From the NCBI GenBank assembly GCA_030698565.1, contig JAUYJS010000008.1, forward strand, positions 86,513 through 150,512: 64,000 nt of DNA. The letters run 5' to 3'. The notes below the pieces were generated by a model. It made no database searches and had not been told where the DNA came from. It saw only the letters and a list, made by a program, of their open reading frames with translations. This DNA is from Candidatus Shapirobacteria bacterium (GTDB lineage: Bacteria; Patescibacteriota; Microgenomatia; UBA12405). Position numbers and translations under genes: made by a program. Of the stretch, positions 10,590 to 19,205 are shown in pieces. The number at the start of each line of letters is the position of its first letter. The first letter of the stretch is position 1.

Positions 10590-11354
10590 ATGTTTTTTAA
10601 TAAAAAAAGTATTGGTTTAGTCCTCGGTGGCGGCGGAGCGAGAGGTTTTTTTCATATTGGTGTAATCAAGGCTATCCAAGAATTAAAAATAAAAATAGAT
10701 AAAATATCAGGAACCTCGATTGGAGCCGTAGTGGGAGCAATGTACGCCATTAATCCACAAATCGATTTGGAAAAAGTAATTGCAGAGCTTGATTATTTTG
10801 CAATAATTAAAACAATGGCTTTTGGGACCAAAGAAAGTTCAACTCATGGAGTTGAGTCACTTTTAAGAAAATATGTATCAGTGGAAAAGTTTTCTGACTT
10901 AAAAATCCCATTTTGTTTTAATGCCACTGATATTAATCAAAAAAAAGAAGTTATTTTTAGTCACGGCTCTCTATTTCCTGGTTTATTAGCAGCCATTTCA
11001 ATTCCAGGAGCTTTTTCTCCTGTAAAAATAGGCGAAAGATTTTTGGTTGACGGGGGAGTAACTAACAATATCCCTATTTCTTTAATCAAAGACACAACGG
11101 ACTTAATAGTTTCCGATATTACTGGACCAATTAAAAAAGTAGACGATAAAATTTCAGCTCTTGATGTACTTTATAGTTCAGTGGCTTTAATGCAATTTAA
11201 TAAAGGTCAAGAAGAAATTAAAAAAGCCAAAAAACAAAAAATAACTTATTTAAACTTGGACGATGATCAAGTATTTATTTTTGATTTTAGAAAAAGTAAT
11301 TATCAAAAGTTGATTGAATTAGGCTACCAAGCAATGATGAAAAAAAATATTTAA
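10590..11354 (+). CDS. Patatin-like phospholipase
   Basis: '[17 protein letters not shown]' oxyanion motif and 'GTSIGA' lipase GxSxG. Confidence 0.85.
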   Translation: MFFNKKSIGLVLGGGGARGFFHIGVIKAIQELKIKIDKISGTSIGAVVGAMYAINPQIDLEKVIAELDYFAIIKTMAFGTKESSTHGVESLLRKYVSVEKFSDLKIPFCFNATDINQKKEVIFSHGSLFPGLLAAISIPGAFSPVKIGERFLVDGGVTNNIPISLIKDTTDLIVSDITGPIKKVDDKISALDVLYSSVALMQFNKGQEEIKKAKKQKITYLNLDDDQVFIFDFRKSNYQKLIELGYQAMMKKNI

Positions 11355-12745
11355 TACCGATAGTTTTCCGATTTAAACGGACCTTTTATAGATATTCCCA
11401 AATAGTCAGCTTGGTTTTGAGTTAATTCGTCCATATCCACACCTACTTTTGCCAAGTGTAATCTGGCCACTTCTTCATCTAATAATTTTGGTAAAGTGTA
11501 AACTCCAACTGGGTAATTTTTAGTTTTAGTAAATAATTCAATTTGAGCCAATACTTGATTAGTAAAACTAGTTGACATAACAAAACTAGGATGACCAGTT
11601 GCGTTTCCCAAATTCAACAATCTACCTTCCGACAATAAAATTATTTCCCTCTTATTAGATAAATGAATTATATCCACCTGTGGTTTTACATTTTCCCATT
11701 TATATTTTTTTAATTTTTCGACTTGAATTTCAGCATCAAAATGACCTATGTTACCCACAATTGCCCGATCTTTCATTTGCAATACATGTCGTTCTAAAAT
11801 TACATCTTTACATCCTGTCGCAGTAATAAAAATATCTCCAATTTTACAAGCATCATCCATTTTCATCACCTGATATCCTTCCATAGCTGCTTGCAGGGCA
11901 CAAATCGGATCGACCTCTGTCACTACAATTCTTGCACCTTGTCCTTTGAATGCCTGTGTTGTTCCCTTACCCACATCTCCAAAACCAGCCACCACCACTA
12001 CTTTTCCAGAGATCATTACGTCGGTCGCTCGCATCACTCCGTCCACAGCAGAATGCCGGCAACCATAAAGATTATCAAACTTTGACTTAGTCACTGAATC
12101 ATTCACATTAATAGCTGGGATTTTTAATTCTCCTTTCTGATGCATTTGATATAAACGGTGTACTCCAGTAGTCGTTTCTTCACTTACTCCTTTAATTTCC
12201 GCCATCATTTTATGAAATCTTTTAGGATTTTTCTTAATTGATTTTTTAAGTTGATTCAAAATTATTGCTTCTTCATTATTACTAGCTTTTCTATCTAAAA
12301 ATTTTGGATCTTCCTCAGCTATATAACCCCAATGTAAAAATAGGGTAGCATCCCCACCGTCATCTAAAATCATATTTGCTTGGGTTTTTTTTCCCCAATC
12401 AAAAATATAATCAACATATTGCCAATATTCCTCTAAGGATTCACCTTTAACTGCAAACACCGGCACACCGGCTTTAGCAATTGCCGCTGCCGCATGGTCT
12501 TGAGTTGAATAAATATTGCAACTTGCCCATCTTACTTTGGCTCCGAGCTCGATTAAAGTTTCAATCAATACTGCTGTCTGAATCGTCATATGAAGCGACC
12601 CAATAATCCTCGCTCCCTTAAGTGGTTTTTTTGTACCAAATTTTTTTCTCAAAGCCATCAAACCCGGCATCTCCTGTTCTGCTAATGTAATTTCCTTTCG
12701 GCCCCAGTCGGCCAACTTAATATCTTTGATTTGATAGTTTTTCAT
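11351..12745 (-). CDS. ahcY: Adenosylhomocysteinase (S-adenosyl-L-homocysteine hydrolase)
   Basis: 464 aa. NAD-binding '[12 protein letters not shown]'. Overall SAHH-like sequence, e.g. '[34 protein letters not shown]'. Confidence 0.95.
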   Translation of the reverse strand: MKNYQIKDIKLADWGRKEITLAEQEMPGLMALRKKFGTKKPLKGARIIGSLHMTIQTAVLIETLIELGAKVRWASCNIYSTQDHAAAAIAKAGVPVFAVKGESLEEYWQYVDYIFDWGKKTQANMILDDGGDATLFLHWGYIAEEDPKFLDRKASNNEEAIILNQLKKSIKKNPKRFHKMMAEIKGVSEETTTGVHRLYQMHQKGELKIPAINVNDSVTKSKFDNLYGCRHSAVDGVMRATDVMISGKVVVVAGFGDVGKGTTQAFKGQGARIVVTEVDPICALQAAMEGYQVMKMDDACKIGDIFITATGCKDVILERHVLQMKDRAIVGNIGHFDAEIQVEKLKKYKWENVKPQVDIIHLSNKREIILLSEGRLLNLGNATGHPSFVMSTSFTNQVLAQIELFTKTKNYPVGVYTLPKLLDEEVARLHLAKVGVDMDELTQNQADYLGISIKGPFKSENYRY

Positions 12746-12748
12746 TTA

Positions 12749-13717
12749 TTATTTTAAATTTTTAATTTTATTTATTAATTCTTTTTTAGTAGTTGTATAC
12801 AGCTGCCCGCCTTTTTCTTCCACACTTTTTGCTCCCATAAAAGCCCCGAACCTACAAGATTCTTCTAAACTTTTATTTTTCAATAATCCATGGATTAATC
12901 CAGCCCTAAAAGCATCTCCTGCACCAGTTGTCTCGGTTACTTTTTTGGGTTTTATTGCCTCAATTTTTATAGGTGACAAATCTTTTTGATGAATAAGACA
13001 ACCATCTTCACCTCTAGTTTCAATTATAGCTTTTAATCCCAAATTAAGGACATCCTTAGTGCCTAAACCAAAAATGTTTTTTAATTGAGCTATTTCAGTT
13101 TCATTGCCTATGAAAATATCAGCCAGACTTAAACATTCTAATAATAATTTTTTATCATAAAAAATTGACAATACTTGGCTTGGATCAAAAATTATAGTTA
13201 CCTTATTCTTTAATTTTTTTCTCAATTCTTTCATATGGTTTCTAGTACTTATTCCTGTTCCAGGTGAAAAAATAGATACTTTAATTAGGGAATAATCACT
13301 CTTTTTTAAACCTTCTTTTAATTTGGTCTTGTCGGAGAAGTCAGCATACACATTTGGCTGCCAGATTCCAATTTGTTGCAACACTTCATCTGAAATTCCA
13401 TAAAAAGTCGGAGTAAAACCCTCTTTTTTAATAACCCTTAATTTTATCTTCAGCTTTTTTAAATAAGGTTCGTAGTCCGTGCTAAAATCTTTTCCTGCCA
13501 CTGAGAACAATATTGGTCTATCTCTTAAAAGAGCCAATCCATAGGCAATATTACCCGCTGTCCCTCCATAGTATTTTTGTTTTCCCTTAGCAGTAAACAT
13601 TAAGTTTACCCGACCAACTTTACCATTCTTAACAATAATTTCTTTACGTATATCTCCGTGTATTCCAAAAATTAAATCATAGGCTACTGTTCCTACGACT
13701 AAAGCTCGATTATTCAT
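12749..13717 (-). CDS. PfkB-family carbohydrate/nucleoside kinase, probably adenosine kinase
   Basis: 'TTGAGDAFRAGLI' PfkB signature. Lies between metK and ahcY. Confidence 0.75.
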   Translation of the reverse strand: MNNRALVVGTVAYDLIFGIHGDIRKEIIVKNGKVGRVNLMFTAKGKQKYYGGTAGNIAYGLALLRDRPILFSVAGKDFSTDYEPYLKKLKIKLRVIKKEGFTPTFYGISDEVLQQIGIWQPNVYADFSDKTKLKEGLKKSDYSLIKVSIFSPGTGISTRNHMKELRKKLKNKVTIIFDPSQVLSIFYDKKLLLECLSLADIFIGNETEIAQLKNIFGLGTKDVLNLGLKAIIETRGEDGCLIHQKDLSPIKIEAIKPKKVTETTGAGDAFRAGLIHGLLKNKSLEESCRFGAFMGAKSVEEKGGQLYTTTKKELINKIKNLK

Positions 13718-13747
13718 GCTGAAGTATTTTTATCATTTTTATTCTTT

Positions 13748-14854
13748 TCAGCCTTTTATCTTTTCCCAAGGATAACTTTCATTACCAAAATGACCATATC
13801 TGGCAGTTTTTTGGTAAATTGCTTGTCTTAGATCTAACCCTTGGTTAATACCGTCAACCGACAAGTCTAATAAATTCCAAGCAAAGTCTTCTATTACCGA
13901 CAATGCTTTATTGGCGGTATCAAAAGTTTCTATTGCTCTAACAATCGGCTCAACACAACCAATTACATAAGCCAATTGGACTTCGCATCTATCAGCCAAT
14001 CCGGCAGCAACAATATTTTTAGCAATGTATCTAGCGGCATAAGCCGCACTTCTATCCACTTTTGTTGTGTCTTTACCAGAGAAACATCCACCACCAATTC
14101 TAGCCATTCCTCCATAAGTATCAACCACAATTTTTCGTCCAGTGACTCCAGTATCACTTGCCGGTCCGCCAATTTCCCATTTGCCGGTACCATTAAAAAC
14201 AAATTCATCTATTGGGATCAGATTCATTTTGTACTTTTCTAAAACCGGACTTATTACCTCATCAAACAGAACTTTTTTAACTTCAGTGTTGTCAATTTTT
14301 GAATAGTCAAATGGCTTGGCTAAAACAATATTTTTAATTGACTTTACTTTCCCATTTTCGTAATTTACAGCCACTTCAGATTTTCCATCCGGCCGTAACC
14401 AGACATATTTAGAATGCAAAGTGTCCATCTTTTGGCAAAGTTCATGAGCTATAGTAATTGGTAGGGGCATAAATTGTTTGGTTTCGTTACAGGCATAGCC
14501 AAACATCATTCCCTGATCACCCGCTCCACCATCATCAACTCCTAGTGCGATATCGGGAGACTGTTGGTGAATATATACTTCGATACTGGCTTTATTATTA
14601 AATTCAAATTTATCTTCCAAATACCCCAATTCCTCAACCTTATTTCGAGCCAACTTTTCAAAATCAATTGATTTTGGACAAGTTACTTCACCTGCCAAAA
14701 CTATTTTATTGGTGGTAACCAATGTTTCACAGGCGACTCGTGATTTGGGATAAATACTAATGGCGGCATCAACAACAGAGTCGGAAATCTGGTCACAAAT
14801 TTTATCGGGATGACCGGCACATACTGATTCTGACGTAAAAACGGAATATTTCAT
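13748..14854 (-). CDS. metK: S-adenosylmethionine synthetase
   Basis: Canonical N-terminus 'MKYSVFTSESVCAGHPDKICDQISD', preceded by a strong SD (AAAGGAGGAAAA). The tracked ORF extends to 14917 from a GTG, and I judge that extension spurious. Confidence 0.95.
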   Translation of the reverse strand: MKYSVFTSESVCAGHPDKICDQISDSVVDAAISIYPKSRVACETLVTTNKIVLAGEVTCPKSIDFEKLARNKVEELGYLEDKFEFNNKASIEVYIHQQSPDIALGVDDGGAGDQGMMFGYACNETKQFMPLPITIAHELCQKMDTLHSKYVWLRPDGKSEVAVNYENGKVKSIKNIVLAKPFDYSKIDNTEVKKVLFDEVISPVLEKYKMNLIPIDEFVFNGTGKWEIGGPASDTGVTGRKIVVDTYGGMARIGGGCFSGKDTTKVDRSAAYAARYIAKNIVAAGLADRCEVQLAYVIGCVEPIVRAIETFDTANKALSVIEDFAWNLLDLSVDGINQGLDLRQAIYQKTARYGHFGNESYPWEKIKG

Positions 14855-15073
14855 TTTTCCTCCTTTAATTAATAAGAGGCATGTCTGAGTCCTGACTTGG
14901 TCAGGGTTCTTTGGCACCGTGGATTTTTATCTCGGTTGTCGACCCCTACAGCATTTGCTAAGGAGATACTCTGGACATTGCTATTTGAATACTAACCAAC
15001 TACTTCTTACTTGTCAATTAATTAGTTTTAAATTATTCCATCACCACGATTTAATTAAATTTTTGCAAAACCA

Positions 15074-15415
15074 TCAAACCAAAGCGGTCTCATCATTTTC
15101 ATATATCTCAATAACTTTATATCTTCCTTTTGTATAAATTTCTCCATTTTTTAAAAAATGTACCGCTTCTAAAATTACGATACTTGCCTTAGGTTTTGAT
15201 AAATTACCATTCCCTTTAGTTTCTAATAGAGGAATTTCACCCATCAGCCAATAAATCCGCTGACCCTTTTTTAAAAAATTATATTCCTTATTTATTTCTA
15301 TATTTTCTGGAATACATTCTTCAACATCACGATTACCATTATTGTATTCACTAATATTTCTTAATGCTAAATCGGGATTAAATTCTACTTGTATTCCCAT
15401 TATGTATTTTATCAT
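15074..15415 (-). CDS. Hypothetical protein
   Basis: 113-aa ORF with no motif. Confidence 0.35.
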   Translation of the reverse strand: MIKYIMGIQVEFNPDLALRNISEYNNGNRDVEECIPENIEINKEYNFLKKGQRIYWLMGEIPLLETKGNGNLSKPKASIVILEAVHFLKNGEIYTKGRYKVIEIYENDETALV

Positions 15416-15459
15416 TTAATCCAAAAATCTATACAAAATGCGGCGAACCATTGATGCAG

Positions 15460-16116
15460 TTAGAATCTACTATCTTGAGCAATCTTTATTAGAAAATCTT
15501 CAAAACTAAGTCTCTTTTGCCAATAATCTAAAAGTATCGGCCATTTTGCTCGTACTTCCGGGTACGAATTTACACTGCTTTCTGTGTCAGTACCTGGAAA
15601 CAAACTCTTTGCTTTCGTCTTAAATAATGCTAATGCGGCTACTCCTTCGGTAAAAATAGTTTTGTTTAGTCTCGCTGTCATCTTCATTTTGTCGACCACA
15701 TAGTAATAGTGGCTGTGAAACAACTCATGTCCTACTAAAAACTTAGGGTTAATAATTGCCCCTGTGGTTAATGCAATTTCTTGACTCCTTAAATTAAATG
15801 GATTACTAAAACCAATCATTGAGCTGAAAGCCAAAAAATAGGCATGGTATGTTTTGTATAGCCATGGAGTTCCGGTAATTTTTTCAAACAGCTTAAAATA
15901 ATCTTTCTCTATTAATTTCCATTCGCTTTCAATTTTCTTGATTAGTTCTTTGTCGTCATCATCCCAGAAACCGGCAATCTTCTTTGTGATTCTAGATTTA
16001 TTTTTGATTGGAGTAAAAGAAAAAATAGACATACCTTCAAATCCTAGAGTATTACAAAAAAGCTGATGATATTCATATTCTTTTTCTGAATTAATCTCAA
16101 ACTTAACCATTGGCAT
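15460..16116 (-). CDS. Hypothetical protein with an HExxH motif, putative zinc metallopeptidase
   Basis: 'VGHELFHSHYYY' contains HELFH. Confidence 0.4.
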   Translation of the reverse strand: MPMVKFEINSEKEYEYHQLFCNTLGFEGMSIFSFTPIKNKSRITKKIAGFWDDDDKELIKKIESEWKLIEKDYFKLFEKITGTPWLYKTYHAYFLAFSSMIGFSNPFNLRSQEIALTTGAIINPKFLVGHELFHSHYYYVVDKMKMTARLNKTIFTEGVAALALFKTKAKSLFPGTDTESSVNSYPEVRAKWPILLDYWQKRLSFEDFLIKIAQDSRF

Positions 16117-16146
16117 TTGGGCTAATTATACCTTGTCAACATACGA

Positions 16147-16187
16147 GCGGAGAGGATTAGTCTGGAACCTTTCTGTCTCTATAACTC
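16147..16187 (+). promoter_or_regulatory. Conserved intergenic motif, copy 3 of 5 (GCGGAGAGGATTAGTCTGGAACCTTTCTGTCTCTATAACTC)
   Basis: Lies 31 nt upstream of the start of the minus-strand gene at 16116, when read on the minus strand. Confidence 0.5.
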
Positions 16188-16204
16188 GAGAGGGTTCAAT
16201 AAGA

Positions 16205-16939
16205 TTACTCAATCGGGAAATTTTGTCCATTAATACCTCGTGCTTCATCAGAGCAAAGAAAAACTATTTTTTTTACAACATCCTCCGTTTCCAAAAGTTT
16301 ATGGTTTGGATTTCTTGCCAATCTTGCCTCTAGTTCTTCTCTTGGTGCAGTTAACCAATAACCAGTATTAACCGCCCCTGGTGAAACAGAGTTAGCTCTG
16401 CCTCCAAAAGATGATAATAATTTTGAATATGATTGGTGGGTCACATTTATTACTCCAGCTTTAGCAGCTCCATAGGATATAGAATCTGTATGACCAGAAA
16501 TGCCATGTTTTGAAGCTACGTTTACGATAATACCGCTACCTTGCTTCTCAAAAAACTCTGTAGCATATTTTGAAACACTTATAACCGAAATAAGATTTTG
16601 CTTTATGGATTTTATCCAAGTTTCAGATTTTAGATTCCATTCATCACCATCAATATAACGACCAGCATTGTTTATAACTATATCTAATTTTTTAAACTCT
16701 TTGATTACACTCTTTACTGCTTTTTTAGCATCTTCGTCTTTAGACAGATCAGCCTTTATTTTTATAGATTTTCTACCCATACTTTTTATTTGATCTACAA
16801 CATTCTCGGCACCTTTTTTGTTACTTTTATAAGTAATAGCGACATCAGCACCCTTTTCGGCAAATAAAATAGCCGTGGCCATACCTATACCGCTTGAGCC
16901 TCCAGTTACTAATACAACTTTATCTTTAAACATTATCAA
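16205..16939 (-). CDS. Short-chain dehydrogenase/reductase (FabG-like)
   Basis: 'VVLVTGGSSGIGMATA' Rossmann motif and 'YGAAKAG' catalytic YxxxK. Confidence 0.9.
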   Translation of the reverse strand: MIMFKDKVVLVTGGSSGIGMATAILFAEKGADVAITYKSNKKGAENVVDQIKSMGRKSIKIKADLSKDEDAKKAVKSVIKEFKKLDIVINNAGRYIDGDEWNLKSETWIKSIKQNLISVISVSKYATEFFEKQGSGIIVNVASKHGISGHTDSISYGAAKAGVINVTHQSYSKLLSSFGGRANSVSPGAVNTGYWLTAPREELEARLARNPNHKLLETEDVVKKIVFLCSDEARGINGQNFPIE

Positions 16940-16961
16940 TATTTAACCATAAAAAAACTTT

Positions 16962-17010
16962 GGCGGAGAATGTGAGTTTGGAATCTTTCTATCCTTATAA
17001 TTAAACCTGA
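16962..17010 (+). promoter_or_regulatory. Conserved intergenic motif, copy 4 of 5 (GGCGGAGAATGTGAGTTTGGAATCTTTCTATCCTTATAATTAAA)
   Basis: Lies 23 nt from the start of the SDR gene on the minus strand. Slightly diverged (TTTGGAATC). Confidence 0.5.
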
Positions 17011-17621
17011 ATTATTTGAATTGAATCGTTAATAATCCAAATATATTGTTGATTAGTTATCGGAGTTATTTTTACGCCTTCTGTATACATCAATTCAAAG
17101 CCCTTAAGATATTCATCACGAAAAATATCACTTCCCCAATGAGGCAAAATAGCTAAATCTATTATTTCTAACCCAGTCAATTTTAAATCAGGAGCTTTTG
17201 ATTGATCGTCGATTGTTGAGACTAAATCAATTCTCTTTCCAATAATCATTGATCCTGCACTCGATCCAATATAAATAACCCCTTTTTCAATCTTATTTTT
17301 AATTATTTCATCACAACCAGTTTTAATTACCTGATCTAATAAATAAAAAGTATTTCCACCACAAAAATAAATTATTTGTTTGTTTTCTAATCTCTTCTCG
17401 ATTTCTTCTTTAGACATTCCTTTAATTGAAAATTCATCAACCTTAAAACCAACTTCAATTAATTTATCCTTTTCAGCCTTAACCCACCAATGATCCCCAT
17501 CTTCAACTTCAGCAGCCGTATTAATAAAAGCCAAGTTTAATTCTTTAGGAGATTTTGGTAATTTATCAACAATGTCGTCCATAACATCTTCACTACTTGA
17601 TGTTAAAAATAATTGTTTCAT
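17001..17621 (-). CDS. Peptidase S51 family (dipeptidase E / cyanophycinase-like)
   Basis: 'IYFCGGNTFYLLD' and 'GVIYIGSSAGSMI', typical of S51. Confidence 0.65.
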   Translation of the reverse strand: MKQLFLTSSSEDVMDDIVDKLPKSPKELNLAFINTAAEVEDGDHWWVKAEKDKLIEVGFKVDEFSIKGMSKEEIEKRLENKQIIYFCGGNTFYLLDQVIKTGCDEIIKNKIEKGVIYIGSSAGSMIIGKRIDLVSTIDDQSKAPDLKLTGLEIIDLAILPHWGSDIFRDEYLKGFELMYTEGVKITPITNQQYIWIINDSIQIIQV

Positions 17622-17670
17622 AAGTTATTTTATCAGTCTAATTTCAAAATTACTCAAACAATACCCGAAA

Positions 17671-17713
17671 TGCGGAGCATGTGAGTCTGGAACCTTTCTA
17701 TCCCTATAATTCC
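17671..17713 (+). promoter_or_regulatory. Conserved intergenic motif, copy 5 of 5 (TGCGGAGCATGTGAGTCTGGAACCTTTCTATCCCTATAATTCC)
   Basis: Lies 50 nt from the start of the S51 peptidase gene on the minus strand. Confidence 0.5.
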
Positions 17714-17727
17714 TTGTTTTTTGCGTA

Positions 17728-18246
17728 TTAAACCAGTATTTTTTTATAAATATCAAAACTACCAAGTGAATGTTTACTCAAACCACTCCTTTCTCTTTTT
17801 TCTTTCATTTTTAATATTTTAAGTTTATTTTTTTCATTTAATTTAGCTTTCATCAAATTATCTACTTCTTTCTGATCATTAGATTCTTTATTAAAAAACC
17901 AAATTTCTATTTCCCATTTTCTATCATTAAAAGGCAAAATCAAATTTAAAATATAAGATTCAGGTCTTTTCTCTCTTTTAAAAGTTACAAAATCACCATA
18001 TTCATATTTTTGAGCCAATTTAGCTTCAATAACTTTATTTAATGCCTCTAATGAAGATTTTCTTGTATTTTGACAAACCACCGTAATATCAATATCGGCT
18101 CCCCACATAATGTCATATTTAAAACTTCCACCAACAATTACTTCACCATATTTTTTTAAAATACTTATTAAATCAGTATTTTTTAACAAAAAAGTCGCGT
18201 CATCTTTAGTTTTTTTAGAAAATTCCAAAATATCTCTATCTTTCAT
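17728..18246 (-). CDS. Minimal nucleotidyltransferase-fold protein
   Basis: 'VGGSFKYDIMWGADIDITVV' fits the GS-x(9-13)-DhD Pol-beta-like NTase motif. Confidence 0.5.
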   Translation of the reverse strand: MKDRDILEFSKKTKDDATFLLKNTDLISILKKYGEVIVGGSFKYDIMWGADIDITVVCQNTRKSSLEALNKVIEAKLAQKYEYGDFVTFKREKRPESYILNLILPFNDRKWEIEIWFFNKESNDQKEVDNLMKAKLNEKNKLKILKMKEKRERSGLSKHSLGSFDIYKKILV

Positions 18247-18272
18247 ATCAAATTATACAATGTCATAATAAG

Positions 18273-18359
18273 TGCGGAGGAGGCGAGATTCGAACTCGCG
18301 AGTCCTTGTGAGACGCAGACTTTCCAGGTCTGTGCAATGAACCACTATGCGACTCCTCC
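18273..18359 (-). tRNA. tRNA-Ser(GGA)
   Basis: Cloverleaf with acceptor GGAGGAG/CUCCUCC, anticodon loop CUGGAAA, a long variable arm, and T-loop GUUCGAAUC. CCA is not encoded. Confidence 0.8.
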
Positions 18360-18360
18360 A

Positions 18361-18490
18361 ATTTGTTAATGTATAGAACCACGATGTTGAGCGAAGCGAA
18401 ATCCCCGTAGGGACGACTCCTCCAGTTTGTTAATGAACCACGATGTTGAGCGAAGCGAAATCCCCGTAGGGACGACTCCTCCAGTAGGGT
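18361..18490. repeat. Tandem direct repeat, two ~58-bp copies, each ending in a copy of the tRNA-Ser 5' acceptor sequence
   Basis: 'AACCACGATGTTGAGCGAAGCGAAATCCCCGTAGGGACGACTCCTCCAG' occurs twice (about 18377-18426 and 18435-18484), immediately 5' of the tRNA. Confidence 0.7.
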
Positions 18491-18499
18491 ATTATATCT

Positions 18500-19021
18500 T
18501 TATTTTTTAGTTTTTAATAATGCTTCTAACTTACTTTTAGCCTTTTTGAGCAAAGTCTTTTCCGAATCATAAGCCAATTTTTCTTTGGCTTCTTCGAAAG
18601 TAAACCAATCCCTAGCCAATACCATTTCCGTATCAAAATGTTTTAAGTTGCTTACAGAAAGATACTCCATTAAAAAGAAAGTTACCTTTTTGATTATTCG
18701 CTTTTTTTGAAGTTTATCCCAAATAATATAATTATTCGATCCTAGTTTAGTTACAATTTTAGCCTTAACTTGGCCTTCTTCTTCTACTTCTCTTAGGGCA
18801 GTTTGTTTCAGAAACTCCTTATTTTGGATATGACCTTTTGGAAACTTGTAAACAATCCTATTGTCTTTTGTATTACCACCAGTTCCATTCTTCTTTTTTC
18901 TGTCAGTTGTAGTTTTAACTAAAAGCCAAAAAGTTTTATTGTTTTCTTGTTTATAGACCAATCCACCCGCCGATCTCTCGTCATACTCGACTATTTCTTT
19001 TCCTTCCGGTTTTAAACTCAT
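18500..19021 (-). CDS. NUDIX hydrolase
   Basis: Nudix box 'GHIQNKEFLKQTALREVEEEGQV'. Confidence 0.75.
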   Translation of the reverse strand: MSLKPEGKEIVEYDERSAGGLVYKQENNKTFWLLVKTTTDRKKKNGTGGNTKDNRIVYKFPKGHIQNKEFLKQTALREVEEEGQVKAKIVTKLGSNNYIIWDKLQKKRIIKKVTFFLMEYLSVSNLKHFDTEMVLARDWFTFEEAKEKLAYDSEKTLLKKAKSKLEALLKTKK

Positions 19022-19080
19022 AAAATTTTAAATAATGAATCTCCGATTTTAACAGGTTTTGCCCGGTTTTTATATCTTTG

Positions 19081-19154
19081 TGTGTCCGAGAGGACTTGAA
19101 CCTCCAACATCTCCCTTCGGAGGGGAGTGCTCTATCCAATTGAGCCACGGACAC
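19081..19154 (-). tRNA. tRNA-Arg(CCG)
   Basis: Acceptor GUGUCCG/CGGACAC, anticodon loop CUCCGAA, T-loop UUCAAGU. The ORF 19070-19255 overlapping it is spurious. Confidence 0.8.
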
Positions 19155-19205
19155 ATGCCCTTATATTTTACCTCACAACCTATAATTTTAGGAAAACTAG
19201 AATAA

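Noticed and set aside
13748-14917. GTG-initiated 21-codon N-terminal extension of metK
   Set aside because: The conserved MetK N-terminus and a perfect SD occur at the internal ATG at 14854. The extension overlaps the predicted leader hairpin.
7166-17713. Sigma-54 (-24/-12) promoter reading of the conserved motif (TGGAAC-N5-TRTC)
   Set aside because: The invariant GC of the -12 element is missing (TGTC/TATC), and sigma-54 is generally absent from such reduced genomes.
18361-18490. Possible CRISPR array (direct repeats near a tRNA)
   Set aside because: There are only two copies of a 58-bp unit with no spacers of distinct sequence, and no cas genes are nearby. A tandem duplication fits better.
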